Part shown: positions 20,624 through 31,892 of the stretch, in pieces
Layout: each line of letters begins with the position of its first letter
How positions within the stretch are numbered: position 1 is the first letter of the stretch
NCBI RefSeq assembly: GCF_000142905.1
Contig: NW_013657656.1
Span: 282,991-346,990, forward strand
DNA length: 64,000 nucleotides
Source: Thecamonas trahens ATCC 50062
Lineage: Eukaryota > Protista > Apusomonadida
Direction: 5' to 3'
Made by a program: the position numbers and the translations under genes
The notes under the pieces: model-generated
What the model was told of the DNA's origin: nothing
The model's input: only the letters and a program-made list of their open reading frames with translations
Database searches by the model: none

Positions 20624-22510
20624 ATGGCGGCCACACCTTGGCAGGGACAAGACCTTTTCACGCTGCCGTTGCTGGTGCGGATCGTGTGGACAAGACCGAT
20701 CTCGCGCTCGACGTCGTTGTCTGTTGATCGCAGCGAGGCGTACGCGCAGGCGGGTGCCGCCGGATCGCCGCTGCCGCTCATCCCCAGCACTCCTGCGCCG
20801 CATCCGAGCCAGACGGCGTCCACGTTGGTGTTTCTGCCCGCTCCAGTCAAGCGCGCTGTGCGCCGGAGCGAACTTGAGGTCTCACGGCTGACGATCCGGT
20901 GTGAAGCGGGCGAGGCTGGCGAGGCGGCGCCGGACATCGATCGGGTCGACTTGGTCTTGGTCCAGGACGGGCCCGGCGACGGCTACGTCCCGATCCAGCA
21001 AGTGTTCAAGAACGGCACAGGGAGTTGCGAGTACGATGCAACTGCGACAGGCGATGAAGTGGTAGCAGACAGCATAGTGGGCGTGGTCGAGGTGAGCGTC
21101 CGGCGCGGTTTTCCGCGCAGCGAGCTGGCGATGACCATCGACGCGGCCGAGATCGACTGGATGTCCGGCGGCGATGTGGCGGCGACAGCCCGGCTCTTTG
21201 CGGATGTCTGCAGCCTAACGATCATAGGCAAGCCGTCCGGCACGGACCTCGAGCTGCCAGATCATCTTGCGTCTATGGAGGGCCTGGTGAGACTGTCTGT
21301 GGTGGCGAGCCGGAGCGGGAGCGGCGTCCCACCGACCGCGGTCCTCCCGCCAACCACGCGCTTCCTCACCAGACTGACGAGTCTCCGGCTCCGGCTGCCC
21401 AACGCTGAAGCTGGCGACCGGTTGAGCGACTTGCCTGGCCTCACGGCCGTCCAGCTTGATCACTCGCGGCTTCGCGAGCTGCCGCCAGGGCTGGAAAGCC
21501 TGGCGGCGGTTCAGGTGCTCTCGCTGACGCACAGCAGTGTCGAACAAGTGGTCGGATCACGGCTGGCGCGAAGCGCGGAGAGTCTCACAGAGCTCAACGT
21601 TGCTCACAATCAGCTCGACGGCAGAGGTCTGGCTGCTCTTGTTGATGGCGGGCTGCGGTTTGTGGCGCTGAGGCGGCTTGTGCTCTCGCAGAACCGACTC
21701 GAGGCGCTACCGCTCGCCGTGACGCTCGCCGCCGCCCTGCCTGTGCTCGAGACGCTGGACGTGTCGTGGAACAAGCTGCGCTCGCTTGATCTGAGGTACT
21801 GCGCCAAGCTGGTGACGCTCGTCGCCGTCGGCAATTCACTGGTAGGCGCGCCCGAGCTGCATCCGCGCGCGCCAGTTGGAGTGCTCAATCTGGCGAGCAA
21901 CGCGCTAACCGAGGTGCGCGCCCTCGAGGAGTGGGCACGTCAGGCTGGATCACAGCTACGTCTCTCGCGGTTGGACCTTGGGAGCAACGCGCTAGTAGAT
22001 GTGAGCGGGCTTTTGCGGGCACTGCACGGAGTCGACTTTTTGGATTTACACGACAACGCGCTGGCGGCTGTGCCGGCGGCGCTGTTCACGGGCGATGTCG
22101 TGCAGCGTGCGCGACTTCCGATGGCGCGCCAGGTGGAGTTAGAGGACTCGTCGCTCCCGCGGATCCGAGCCCTCCTGCATGGCAACGAGTGGGCGAGGAG
22201 CGAGGAAGTTGACGGCTTCATCGCGGGTGCGATGGTCGTGCCGCCGCTCAAGGCGCTCGCCGGCGAGGTTGCGCTGGCCGAGCATGGTATGCGTGGGCTG
22301 GAGCTGGAGGGCCTTGCGCGCGCCATGGGGGATGGGCTCGGCGACGATGAGATCTTCTGGCTCCATCGCGAGTACGAGCGGTGCGACGAGTGCCGGCGGT
22401 GGGCGTGGCGCGGCGGGCTGTGGCGGGCGCGTTCGAGTGCGAGGTATCTCGACGAGCGGATTGTGGTCGAGGAGGCAAGGTGTCGAGGGTGTGTGGACGG
22501 TTTACGATGA
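20624..22510 (+). CDS. Leucine-rich repeat protein with C-terminal CxxC...CxxC
   Basis: Multiple LxxLxLxxNxL units (LTELNVAHNQL, LVLSQNRL, LDVSWNKL, LDLGSNAL); PPLKALA and terminal Cys pairs. Confidence 0.8.
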   Translation: MAATPWQGQDLFTLPLLVRIVWTRPISRSTSLSVDRSEAYAQAGAAGSPLPLIPSTPAPHPSQTASTLVFLPAPVKRAVRRSELEVSRLTIRCEAGEAGEAAPDIDRVDLVLVQDGPGDGYVPIQQVFKNGTGSCEYDATATGDEVVADSIVGVVEVSVRRGFPRSELAMTIDAAEIDWMSGGDVAATARLFADVCSLTIIGKPSGTDLELPDHLASMEGLVRLSVVASRSGSGVPPTAVLPPTTRFLTRLTSLRLRLPNAEAGDRLSDLPGLTAVQLDHSRLRELPPGLESLAAVQVLSLTHSSVEQVVGSRLARSAESLTELNVAHNQLDGRGLAALVDGGLRFVALRRLVLSQNRLEALPLAVTLAAALPVLETLDVSWNKLRSLDLRYCAKLVTLVAVGNSLVGAPELHPRAPVGVLNLASNALTEVRALEEWARQAGSQLRLSRLDLGSNALVDVSGLLRALHGVDFLDLHDNALAAVPAALFTGDVVQRARLPMARQVELEDSSLPRIRALLHGNEWARSEEVDGFIAGAMVVPPLKALAGEVALAEHGMRGLELEGLARAMGDGLGDDEIFWLHREYERCDECRRWAWRGGLWRARSSARYLDERIVVEEARCRGCVDGLR

Positions 22511-22539
22511 GCAGCAGAGCCCGCCGGCAAAGGCGTGGC

Positions 22540-23114
22540 TCAGCGGAGGGCGGCAAGGCGTGCGGTGAGGTCGTCTTCGGCGTCGGCCTCTGCAGTGGAT
22601 GCCGGCTGGGAGAGCGAGGGCGTGCCGAGCTGCTCCGAAACCTCGAGGCCGTGCTCGTCGGCGACCTCCTGGATGAGCGAGTCGACCTGCTCCACCGGTG
22701 CGGAGACCTGTGTCGAGTCGCCCATGGCGTTTTCGACAAACTGCGAGGTGACGTCCATGTCTGAGAACTGCTCCTCGAACTTGTCCATGACTGCGGAGAT
22801 CTCTTCGAGATTCATCGACTGCAGCGCCTTGTCCATGCCCTTTGTCACGCCGGCCATAGTCTTTGTCACGCGCTTCATCTGGATAGCGGACTGCAGGCGC
22901 GAGGCGACAGCATCGATGCGCGAGCCCATCCGTAGATAGTTGAGTGATTGATTCTTCTCTCGAATGGCGTTTTGCGCGTAGATCCGTGCACCCTCAGTGT
23001 TCCCGTCCTCGATGGCCTTCTTCAGCTTCCTCCGCTGCGCCGCCTCCTGCTTCTTGGCCTTCTTAGACATCCGCGTGAACTGCTTCGAGGTAAACTTGAG
23101 CTGAAACAGTTGCT
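22540..23114 (-). CDS. CHMP1: ESCRT-III CHMP1/Did2/Vps46; first exon upstream, probably in or near the gap
   Basis: LFQLKFTSKQ, EGARIYAQNAIR, RIDAVASR, MDKFEEQF, VADEHGLE, C-terminal MIM1 DLTARLAALR. Confidence 0.93.
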
Positions 23115-23365
23115 CTACCCCCGCCCACCCCACACGCACCCACATGCACGCAACATACATACACAAGCCACCACATGCCACATGACCAACCATCCATATA
23201 AGTCAACCCTAACCCCCTCCCCCCCCCACCTCCTCACCTCCTCGCTTCCCTTGACCCCCCTCCCCCCCCCCCCCCCCCCCCCCACCCGCGCATGCCACTT
23301 CCGAACACTTGCCCCTCTCACTAGCCACCGGTTGGCAAACCACCTGCACCACACACACCCCTTCT

Positions 23366-23740
23366 NNNNNNNNNNNNNNNNNNNNNNNNNNNNNNNNNNN
23401 NNNNNNNNNNNNNNNNNNNNNNNNNNNNNNNNNNNNNNNNNNNNNNNNNNNNNNNNNNNNNNNNNNNNNNNNNNNNNNNNNNNNNNNNNNNNNNNNNNNN
23501 NNNNNNNNNNNNNNNNNNNNNNNNNNNNNNNNNNNNNNNNNNNNNNNNNNNNNNNNNNNNNNNNNNNNNNNNNNNNNNNNNNNNNNNNNNNNNNNNNNNN
23601 NNNNNNNNNNNNNNNNNNNNNNNNNNNNNNNNNNNNNNNNNNNNNNNNNNNNNNNNNNNNNNNNNNNNNNNNNNNNNNNNNNNNNNNNNNNNNNNNNNNN
23701 NNNNNNNNNNNNNNNNNNNNNNNNNNNNNNNNNNNNNNNN
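23366..23740. other. Assembly gap (N run)
   Basis: 375 N. Confidence 1.
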
Positions 23741-23835
23741 TCCCCCCCCCACCACCTCCCCCCCGCCACCCCCGTCCGTCTCCACTCGCCTTGCCACTCA
23801 CATCCATCTCTCTCTCTATCCTCCAGACTTCAAAC

Positions 23836-25114
23836 ATGGCTTCCATCCCCAGTTTGGCTCCATTGGCTCCAACGCCGCCGGTACGTCCTCCTCTCCCCCC
23901 TCCCGTCCCCTCGCCTCGCTACCCCCCTTTGCGCGTGTTCCCAACGGCTCTGACCAACGGGCGCGCCCGCCACTCCCCCCTTCCCCTCCCCCCCCTCCTC
24001 TTCCCACCAATACCTTCCCCAACCCCCTCTTCCCACTTGCGCATTCGCTACCCCCCCCACCCCATTCCCCCCGCCCCGTTCCGCGCCCCACTCACCTGGT
24101 GTTCCACAAATTTTGCTGCGACCATGGGCAACACTCGGTTTTGGCTTTGGCTTTGTTCGCGCGCCATGCCACCGCCCGGCGCCATGCCACCGCCCGGCGC
24201 CATGTCACCTCACCGCCCCCGGGGCCATTTGTTGAATAATAGGCGTGCTTGACAACGGCAAGAACGCGTCGCACTACACCTACGGTGTGCGCAAGCTCAA
24301 CGTGACCACCAAGGCCGCCAACGGCGTCAAGTTCACCACCGAGGGTGAGCAGGATGATGCTGGCAAGATCGACGCCTCGGTCGCCGCCACCATGGACTGC
24401 AAGAAGATGGGCCTGACCTTTACCGAGAAGTGGTCGTCGTCGAACGCCATCGACATCAAGGCTGTTGCCAAGAACGTCGGCACTGACGGCGTCAAGGTCA
24501 CCGTCAAGGGCAAGTTCGACGAGGGCGCCAAGGCCCCGATCTCCGGCTCGGTTGATGCCTCGTTCGCCAACGACCTCGTTGCTGGCTCGCTCGAGATCAA
24601 GGCCGACTCGGGTGCCCAGTACTGCGCCTCGGAGGTGAACGGCAACGTGTCGCTCGGCCAGTCCGGCTTTGTCGGTGGCGTCAAGGGTGGCTACTCGCTC
24701 GCCAACGGCGCCAAGCCCGTCGACGTCAAGCTCGGCTACGCCACCAACGACTTCCAGGCCACCTTCCTCCTCAACAAGAACTTTACCGAGTTTGGCGTCA
24801 ACTACCACCAGGCCGTCAACGACAAGCTTGCTGTCGCTGCCCAGATCGACCTCAAGGATGCCCCCAAGAAGGACGCCGCCGCCGCCGCCGGTGCCTCCTC
24901 GGTCCCCAAGATCGAGGTCGGTGCCGTCTACAAGTGCTGCAAGGGCACCACCTACCGCGTCAAGGTTGACTCGGACGGCAACCTCGGCACCGTCTACGGC
25001 CAGGACATCTCCGACAACATCTCCGTCGCCTTTGCCTTTGGCCTCGACCTCGGCCAGGCCCTCAACTCGGGCGCCGCGGGCAAGGCCGGCTTCTCGCTCA
25101 ACTTTAACGCCTAA
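23836..25114 (+). CDS. VDAC: Mitochondrial porin VDAC (exon 1 23836-23880 with an apparent missing C; exon 2 from 24243)
   Basis: KLNVTTKAANGVKFT, LTFTEKW, beta-barrel alternation, RVKVDSDG, C-terminal KAGFSLNF; very strong codon bias. Confidence 0.88.
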
Positions 25115-25207
25115 GCGAAGCTGTCAATGCCTCCGTCCCCGTCCTCCTCCCTCGTCCTCCTTTCCCGCTCTCCCCCGCTCTTTAGGGCGCTTCCTGTTCA
25201 TCGTCAC

Positions 25208-27256
25208 TCATTGAACGCTTCCGTGTCGGACTCTACTTGCCCGCCCCGGCGCACGCTCCTCTTCCAGCACTTCGTCAAGCAGCTGCCGCACCGGCGTGAG
25301 CGGCGAGAAAATCAGAGAGTCTGTGTCGCTCTCGTCGTTGTCGCTCCTGCCGCCCAGCCGTCGTCCGCCGCCCAGCGGAGTGACAAGCATGCTCGCTTCC
25401 ATCTCCGCCCGTGCAGGCAGCTCGCCGGCTCGCAGCGCCTCCCAAAGATCTGGCAGCCGTGCATCTGTGGCAGCAGCCTCGGCTGCCGCAGCCTCGGCCA
25501 GCAGAGCCTCATAGTTTGCATACGCCTCGGTCTGCAGCGCCTCGAGATCGTCGAGGAGCCGGTCCGCGCGCCCGCGCCCGATCGACACGCCCGCCGCCGC
25601 TGCCGCCTCCTCTGCACCCACAATGACGTTGAGCACGTGCTCGGTCCGCACGTGATGCGCGGCGCCGTAGTAGCCGAGCAGTGCCCGCAGCGTCCGCACC
25701 TCGGCACGCATCATCTCTTCCGAGTACCGCGCTCCAGCCAGAACCGCGGCCACCGTCCGCGCTCCGGCCCGCTTGTCGCGGGCAAACGGCGGGAGCGCGT
25801 CCAGCACCTCGCGCGTCGTCGGCCGCTCCACCCTCTCCGGTGCCGCAAACGCCGGCTTGTCGCGCGAGACCGCGGTGTGGACCTCGAGCGTCATCGGGAC
25901 AATCATGCCGAGCGAGAGCAACGAGTGGCTCACCTCGCCAAGTTGCTGCTCCAGCCGCGCCACCGCGTCCAGCACCCGCGACTCGGTCGACGGCAGCGCC
26001 ACCATTGGGAGCACCGTCCCAAGGTGATTACGCGCCTCCAGGACCGACGTGTGCAGTGCCGCGACCTGGGCCTCCAGCTGCGCCAGCTGGCCGACATGCA
26101 GCGGCGCGTCGCCGCTCGCCTCCGCCATTGCGCTCACGCCCTCGGCAACCGCCACCAGCGACACTCCGCTGTTCACCACAAGCTCGCTCCCCGCCGCCGC
26201 CGACCGCGCCTCCTCGGCCTCGCTCGGCGCCGTCGTCGTAAACGGCGGCCGCTGCCACGGCTTAATGAACGGGTTGAGCGTCCGTAGCGGAACGTGCGCC
26301 GCACGCACAGGCTCGATCTGCCCGGCTCCCTTGGTGCCGAGCGCAGACCGCATTGCACGCACCGTCCCCAACGGCAGCCGCACCTCGGCCATGTCCGGCT
26401 CGCCAGTCGTCCCCTCCAGCACGCCATCGAGCGTTGTCGCCACACTCGCCACCGCTCCTGCCAGCGATGTATACGCCAGCTCGTGGCTCTCCATCCCCCG
26501 CGAGAGCTCCACCACCTGCCGCTCCAGCTGGATGACCTGCGCCTTGAGAAACGCCACCCGCCGCCGATCCAGCGGCTCGTCCCTCGCCTCGTCCACAAGC
26601 TGCTCGTGCAGCCGTTTCAGCTCGGCATACTCGACTTTGATCATCTCCAGCTCGCTTCCTCCTCTCTCCGCCACCCTCCTTCGTCTGCTCGCTCCTCGGC
26701 TCCGCACTGCACCCGGATCGGCCACCACTCTGCTGGCCCCAGCCTCGCCGCCATCATCCAGCTCATCGGCCAGCTTGGGGTTCCGAGCCAGAACGATCCG
26801 CTCCACAAAATGATGCATCGCCGCCCGCGAGCCCATGACCTTGCCTGCCACAGCCGCCGCCGCCTCGCGCACAGCCTCGCGATCCAGATCAGGCTGCTCC
26901 CACTGGACGAGCGCAGCCGCCGCCACAGACATAAAGGCCCGGCGGTAGGCACCCTCGCGCTTGGCACGAGCCTCGACATCGAGCCGTGACACCTCGGCCC
27001 GTCGATCGCCCACCCGCCGGGCAACCAGCTCTTCCAGAGCACGTGCCGCTGCGGCGAGCCGACTGCCGTGGCTTTCCCCAGGCGGCGGCGGGAAGAGGCC
27101 GTCGACCGACACGGGCACCACCAGCGCAGGCACCACCAGCTCCACCACAGGAAAGCCAAGCTCTAGGAATTCAGCATCAGTCATGGCCCGTCCACTCAGC
27201 ACTGGTACCCTCCTCACGAGACCAAGGACACGCAACCTTCGCGAGCTGCTTGCCAT
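25208..27256 (-). CDS. Hypothetical coiled-coil protein, 682 aa
   Basis: Long ORF with heptad segments (DRRRVAFLKAQVIQLERQV); family not recognised. Confidence 0.65.
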   Translation of the reverse strand: MASSSRRLRVLGLVRRVPVLSGRAMTDAEFLELGFPVVELVVPALVVPVSVDGLFPPPPGESHGSRLAAAARALEELVARRVGDRRAEVSRLDVEARAKREGAYRRAFMSVAAAALVQWEQPDLDREAVREAAAAVAGKVMGSRAAMHHFVERIVLARNPKLADELDDGGEAGASRVVADPGAVRSRGASRRRRVAERGGSELEMIKVEYAELKRLHEQLVDEARDEPLDRRRVAFLKAQVIQLERQVVELSRGMESHELAYTSLAGAVASVATTLDGVLEGTTGEPDMAEVRLPLGTVRAMRSALGTKGAGQIEPVRAAHVPLRTLNPFIKPWQRPPFTTTAPSEAEEARSAAAGSELVVNSGVSLVAVAEGVSAMAEASGDAPLHVGQLAQLEAQVAALHTSVLEARNHLGTVLPMVALPSTESRVLDAVARLEQQLGEVSHSLLSLGMIVPMTLEVHTAVSRDKPAFAAPERVERPTTREVLDALPPFARDKRAGARTVAAVLAGARYSEEMMRAEVRTLRALLGYYGAAHHVRTEHVLNVIVGAEEAAAAAGVSIGRGRADRLLDDLEALQTEAYANYEALLAEAAAAEAAATDARLPDLWEALRAGELPARAEMEASMLVTPLGGGRRLGGRSDNDESDTDSLIFSPLTPVRQLLDEVLEEERAPGRASRVRHGSVQ

Positions 27257-27694
27257 GACTCCCTTGACCGCTCCTCCTGCTCCTGCTCCTGCCCCAACAC
27301 GCCGGCTCTTCCTCCCTTCAGCAAAAGGCCGTCAAGTGGAGGTGGCTAAAATAGCCGAATACTGGCGTCTGATCAAGCCGCCGCGGTCAGGCCCCCACCC
27401 CTCCCCCCTCCCCCCCCCTCGCCCCACTCCCCGAGACAGTGATAACCACCCCAACAACGTCCACCCAACCCCCACCACTTTACCCGAACTACCCCCTCAC
27501 CCCTCACCCCACCCACCCACCAAGCCCTTCATTTCCCTCGCCATCTCCCACAACTCCTTGGCCTCGCTGGTCCCGTCACTGGCTGGCGAGCTGAGCTCTC
27601 GGTAGATTCCACCAACCGCTCCACCGGCCCACCCACCCCCACCGGCCCACCCACCCCCAACCGCCCAACCCTACCCAACCCCGCTCAGTCAACC

Positions 27695-30538
27695 ATGGCC
27701 AGCAGCGTCCACGAGTTTGTGTTTGACTCGGAAAGCTGTCTCCGGTCGCTGTCGGGACGGATCTTCTTCAGAGCTCTGCCTCCTAGCCTGGCAGGTCTGC
27801 AGGACGCTGTCCAGGCTCGAGGTGGGCGAGTCTCCTCCTTCTTGGGTGACTGCTCACTGGTGGTCGTGCCCTCACTCTCTGAGCTCCGTCGAGTCGCTGA
27901 CCTTGTTGCTCGTGAAGAGACTGGCCAGGACATTGATGACGCAGAGCTGCAGCCGCCGCGGAGGGCCCGCAAGTCCTCGCGGTCAAAGTCTGGGCCCATT
28001 CGCCAGGACGACAAGGAGTTTGCCCGAAAGCTCCGCCGCATGCGCAAGGCCCGCGTCACCTCGTACTCGCGGCTCCGCAAATGGATCGACTCGCTGCCGC
28101 CACTGCCGGCGCAGCAGAGCTCGACCGGCCCAATCGCGCGCTCGAATGCCCGTGGCTACGGCCGCCTCGCCGCGCGCCCCGCCGTGGCGGGCGGACTGGT
28201 CATTGCTGCTTCGACCGCCTCGCGGTCGCGCATCTTCCAGAAGCTGCCGTTTGTGGCGTCGACGTCCCTGATCGCGCCGCGGACCGGCGCCCGCAAGCCG
28301 ACCGTCCCCACCCGCTCGCGTATGGGCGGAATCACGGTCTCGCGCCGCGCTGGCGAGGTCGCCAAGTCGGTCACCGCGCGCCTCAACAATATGTCGGCTA
28401 CCCGCCGCGCCGCCCGCATCTCGCGTGCCTCCCTCTCCCGGACCCCGCAACTGCCTGCGGTGCTGGTCGAGGATCCCGATGGCGAGTTTGAGCCGTTCTA
28501 CAAGGTCTTTGCCTGGGACGCAGACGCACGCGCCTTTGCTACCCCGCGCCTCTACCTCGACGACGCCCATCTCTCCACCGCTGGCTCGCTCTTTGTCCCG
28601 GGCACCACCCCGCACTACATTCCCTCGCCCAAGCCCCCGCCGCCGCGTGATAACGAGTCGTCAGACACCGAGGAGCTGCTCATGGGCACCGCCGCCGCCG
28701 CCACCGCCAAGAAGAAGAAGAAGAGAAGCGACCGGCGCCCGCACAACAAGCGCAAGCACTCGTCCAAGCCGCACAAGGCCCGCGCCCCGCGCCCGGGCAC
28801 CTGCGAGTGCTGCAACGTCCACTACGATGACTACGATGCCCACATCACCTCTGACAAGCACAGGCGCTACGCGCTCAACCCGGACAACTACGCCGACCTC
28901 GACAATCTGCTCAACCGCGTCGCCGAATCGGTCCGCCAGTCGCAGCTCGACGACACCGGCTCGGTCTCGCCGCCGGTTCGTGATGTCGTCGTGGCCGCCG
29001 ACTCTGCCGCACCTGCCACGGTCGTCGTCCATGCTGATGGTGACGGCGATGATGACGGCGATGACGACGACGCCGCCGACGAGTCGACACAACCTGCGCC
29101 GCCTTCGCCGGCCCTCCTGGCTCCTGCCGCTGAGGCAGTGGTCAACCTCTCTCTCCCCTCGCCGTCGCAGTCAACACCGCGTGAGCCGCAGCTCGACGTG
29201 CCTGCGTTTGTCACGCCGCAAACGCGACCGATCCCACCGGCCGTTGCCCCGCTCCTCGCCCGCCCGACTCCGCGCTCGCGCTACATCGACGTCGACGCCG
29301 CCAATGCCTCGCTCGTCTCGCAGCTGGCAGCCATCGACGACTCGGACTCGGACGACGACTCGGACAACGACTCGGACGACAACGACGGCAAGGCCTTGCT
29401 TGGCCAGGCTGGCCTCCGCGCCATGCCAATGGCGCCCGGTCACGCCAGAATGCGCCGCCGCTCCGGCTCGGCCGCCTCCTCCGCCCTCGCGCCCAACACC
29501 GCCATCCGCGGCTTTGGCAACCTGGCGTCGCCGCCCGAGAGCGCAGACTCGTCCGCCTCCTCGCCGCAGTCTGGCTCCGCGCAGCCGGCCCAAAAGACCA
29601 ACTCGCTTGCCCAGCTTCTCTCCATGATGGAGACTAAGCCGAGCGCGCAGGTGGCCATCGCGCCGTCGCGGGTCCTCCGCGGCGCCACCGCCTCGGGCAC
29701 GCGGCCGTCCCGGAGGCTGACCGCCAAGCCTCCGCCGCGCCCCGCGGTGGCACCGGTGGCCAAGCCTCCGCCGGCCGCCTCCAAGCCGCTGCCCAAGCCG
29801 GTCGGCTCGTCGATCTCGTCGTCGCCGACCAAGTCTGGCTCGTCGCGCTCGTCGCAGCGCATGGCCGCGTACGGCTTCCTCGACTCGCCGACATCGCCAT
29901 CGCGCAGGCGGCTGGTCGACGCCGGTGCTATCCACGCCCACGCCGCCCGCGTCCGCGCTCTCCAGACCTCCACCACCGTTCCAGTCGAGAGCTCGGACAA
30001 GACCTTTAGCGACGAGCGCGTCGACTTGGTCGGTGTCAAGGTCGCTCCGCGGCCACGCCCGATCCCGCTCAACTCGCCGCTCAAGACTACCACCCGCCTG
30101 CCGACCAAGCTCCGCAGAGCAAGCGCGCGGAGCAGGCGCGACATTGCCGCCCACACCCAGCTGCCACCCACCATCCGCGCCCCGGTCGCCCGCGAGCTCA
30201 ATCCCAACACCGACCTCGTCGCCACTGCCAGCCCGTCGCACCGCCATCGCGCCGCCACCCACTCGCGTCTCTCCCGCCCGCAGCTCAAGCGCCGCCGTCG
30301 GCCCGAGTCAGGCGGCTCAGTCTCGGACCGCATCGCCAAGCGCCGCAAGCCACTCGGCACCGTTCCACCCTCGTTTTCCTCCTCGCCACAGGACTTTGTG
30401 GAGGAGCCAGCCGCCCGCCCCCAGCGGCCGGCCGCGGCTCTCCACCGCCCGCGACCGATTGTCGGCTCCAACGTCAAGACCGCACCGGCCATCGAACCCG
30501 AGTTTACCGTTACCTTTAACGCCGACGAGCTGGTCTAG
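27695..30538 (+). CDS. DBF4: Dbf4/ASK (Cdc7 kinase regulatory subunit)
   Basis: N-terminal BRCT-like motif N (GGRVSSFL), motif M (VLVEDPDGEFEPFYKVF), DBF zinc finger GTCECCNVHYDDYDAHITSDKHRRYA. Confidence 0.8.
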   Translation: MASSVHEFVFDSESCLRSLSGRIFFRALPPSLAGLQDAVQARGGRVSSFLGDCSLVVVPSLSELRRVADLVAREETGQDIDDAELQPPRRARKSSRSKSGPIRQDDKEFARKLRRMRKARVTSYSRLRKWIDSLPPLPAQQSSTGPIARSNARGYGRLAARPAVAGGLVIAASTASRSRIFQKLPFVASTSLIAPRTGARKPTVPTRSRMGGITVSRRAGEVAKSVTARLNNMSATRRAARISRASLSRTPQLPAVLVEDPDGEFEPFYKVFAWDADARAFATPRLYLDDAHLSTAGSLFVPGTTPHYIPSPKPPPPRDNESSDTEELLMGTAAAATAKKKKKRSDRRPHNKRKHSSKPHKARAPRPGTCECCNVHYDDYDAHITSDKHRRYALNPDNYADLDNLLNRVAESVRQSQLDDTGSVSPPVRDVVVAADSAAPATVVVHADGDGDDDGDDDDAADESTQPAPPSPALLAPAAEAVVNLSLPSPSQSTPREPQLDVPAFVTPQTRPIPPAVAPLLARPTPRSRYIDVDAANASLVSQLAAIDDSDSDDDSDNDSDDNDGKALLGQAGLRAMPMAPGHARMRRRSGSAASSALAPNTAIRGFGNLASPPESADSSASSPQSGSAQPAQKTNSLAQLLSMMETKPSAQVAIAPSRVLRGATASGTRPSRRLTAKPPPRPAVAPVAKPPPAASKPLPKPVGSSISSSPTKSGSSRSSQRMAAYGFLDSPTSPSRRRLVDAGAIHAHAARVRALQTSTTVPVESSDKTFSDERVDLVGVKVAPRPRPIPLNSPLKTTTRLPTKLRRASARSRRDIAAHTQLPPTIRAPVARELNPNTDLVATASPSHRHRAATHSRLSRPQLKRRRRPESGGSVSDRIAKRRKPLGTVPPSFSSSPQDFVEEPAARPQRPAAALHRPRPIVGSNVKTAPAIEPEFTVTFNADELV

Positions 30539-31892
30539 CTGGCGTCGCCGAGTCGTAAATCCGAGCCATGAACGGCGCAAACACGGCCCGATGCGCCTGC
30601 CGCAGCCACGGCACGTACGCGTTGAGCACCGTCACGTGGACAAACGCTACATACTTGACTCCCCACACAAACCACGCTGCCGCAGACGCCGGCGGCAGTG
30701 CAAGCGTCTCAAGAATCCACCCTGGCCAGAAGACCCGGAGTGCGAGCGCAAACACTACAGGATCAAACGGCAGCTCGTCGATGCCCACCATGGCATCAAG
30801 CGTCCGCGCCACAAGCGCACGCGACGACATGTCCGGCGCCAGCCGTCCCACGTACATACCCGAGCATCTCCCTGCGAGCCCGCCCGCATAGCTCGGCGGC
30901 ACAAGGTCCGCGTCGATACCCATCAGGTGGCCCACATATCGCCAAAACGTCCACAGCGCGTCTTTGTCAGTCTGCGGCATCCACGCGCCCATCGTTGCGC
31001 TCGACTCGACCGCCACCTGGCAAAACAGGACCAGTGTGGCTGCGCTCGTAGCCTGGTTGATCGGCACATCGCCTCGCTCTTGCCACGCCGCCGATCGTGC
31101 CACCATGCGCCGCGCTCGGCCATGAACAAGCCGGATCCGCAACGCCGCATCCGCCGCACGCGACGGCCGCTTCCCGTCGATCTTCGCGTACATCAGGTCC
31201 TGGATGAATGACCCGGTATCAAGCGCCCGCTTTGCTGCACGATCAAGCGGCCCAGTCAGCGCCCCGGTCGCCGCCAGCACCGCGGCGTCTTCCGGGAAGA
31301 GAAACGACTCGAGGAGGCTCACAAGGAGGCCTAGTCCCTGAAACCCGGCGTTCACAATGTACACCTCCTGACCAGCGTGCAACATCTCGGGAGTCGCCCA
31401 GGCTGGAAGGCCAAGGCCCGGCGCCGCAAGCGCATGCAGTGCCTCGGCCGCCTCGGCATCGACGTACTCGGCCTCGGCCAGCGCTGCCGCCGTGACTACC
31501 GGCTCCTCGCTGCGCATCAGCGCGGCAACAAGGGCAGGAAAGTGGGCGACAAGTGCATCAGCCGGTGGATCACCAGTTTGGAGCGCGGCAGCCACTCGCT
31601 CGGGCGGCGGAATGGCGTGCTCTGGCTGAGGGGACAAAGCCGGGATGACGCCGCCATGTCGCACTCGCGCCCGGGACGCGATCCAAGGACCCACTCCGAC
31701 AGCCAGCACCAAGAGCCAGTACACTCCGCCAGCAAGCACGCCCCATGCCACTGTTGCTCTCCACGACTCGATACCGGTCACACATGCCAGCGCTGTCCAA
31801 ATCGTCCACCACAGCCCGCAGCTTGCAGCCAAATGAGGTGCCACACCAGGAACCAGTGGCGCCAGAGCCCAGACATGACGCACGCGCTCCAT
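30516..31892 (-). CDS. MpaB/Lcp-like (DUF2236) ER-bound heme oxygenase family protein with N-terminal TMs
   Basis: GDPPADALV, RALDTG, RIRLVHGRARR, PINQ, FWRYVGHLMGI. Confidence 0.8.
   Translation of the reverse strand: MERVRHVWALAPLVPGVAPHLAASCGLWWTIWTALACVTGIESWRATVAWGVLAGGVYWLLVLAVGVGPWIASRARVRHGGVIPALSPQPEHAIPPPERVAAALQTGDPPADALVAHFPALVAALMRSEEPVVTAAALAEAEYVDAEAAEALHALAAPGLGLPAWATPEMLHAGQEVYIVNAGFQGLGLLVSLLESFLFPEDAAVLAATGALTGPLDRAAKRALDTGSFIQDLMYAKIDGKRPSRAADAALRIRLVHGRARRMVARSAAWQERGDVPINQATSAATLVLFCQVAVESSATMGAWMPQTDKDALWTFWRYVGHLMGIDADLVPPSYAGGLAGRCSGMYVGRLAPDMSSRALVARTLDAMVGIDELPFDPVVFALALRVFWPGWILETLALPPASAAAWFVWGVKYVAFVHVTVLNAYVPWLRQAHRAVFAPFMARIYDSATPARPARRR

Noticed and set aside
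23846-23851. Frameshift in VDAC exon 1
   Set aside because: One extra C in the C-run restores PQFGSIGSNAAG and the intron phase; typical homopolymer error in an essential gene
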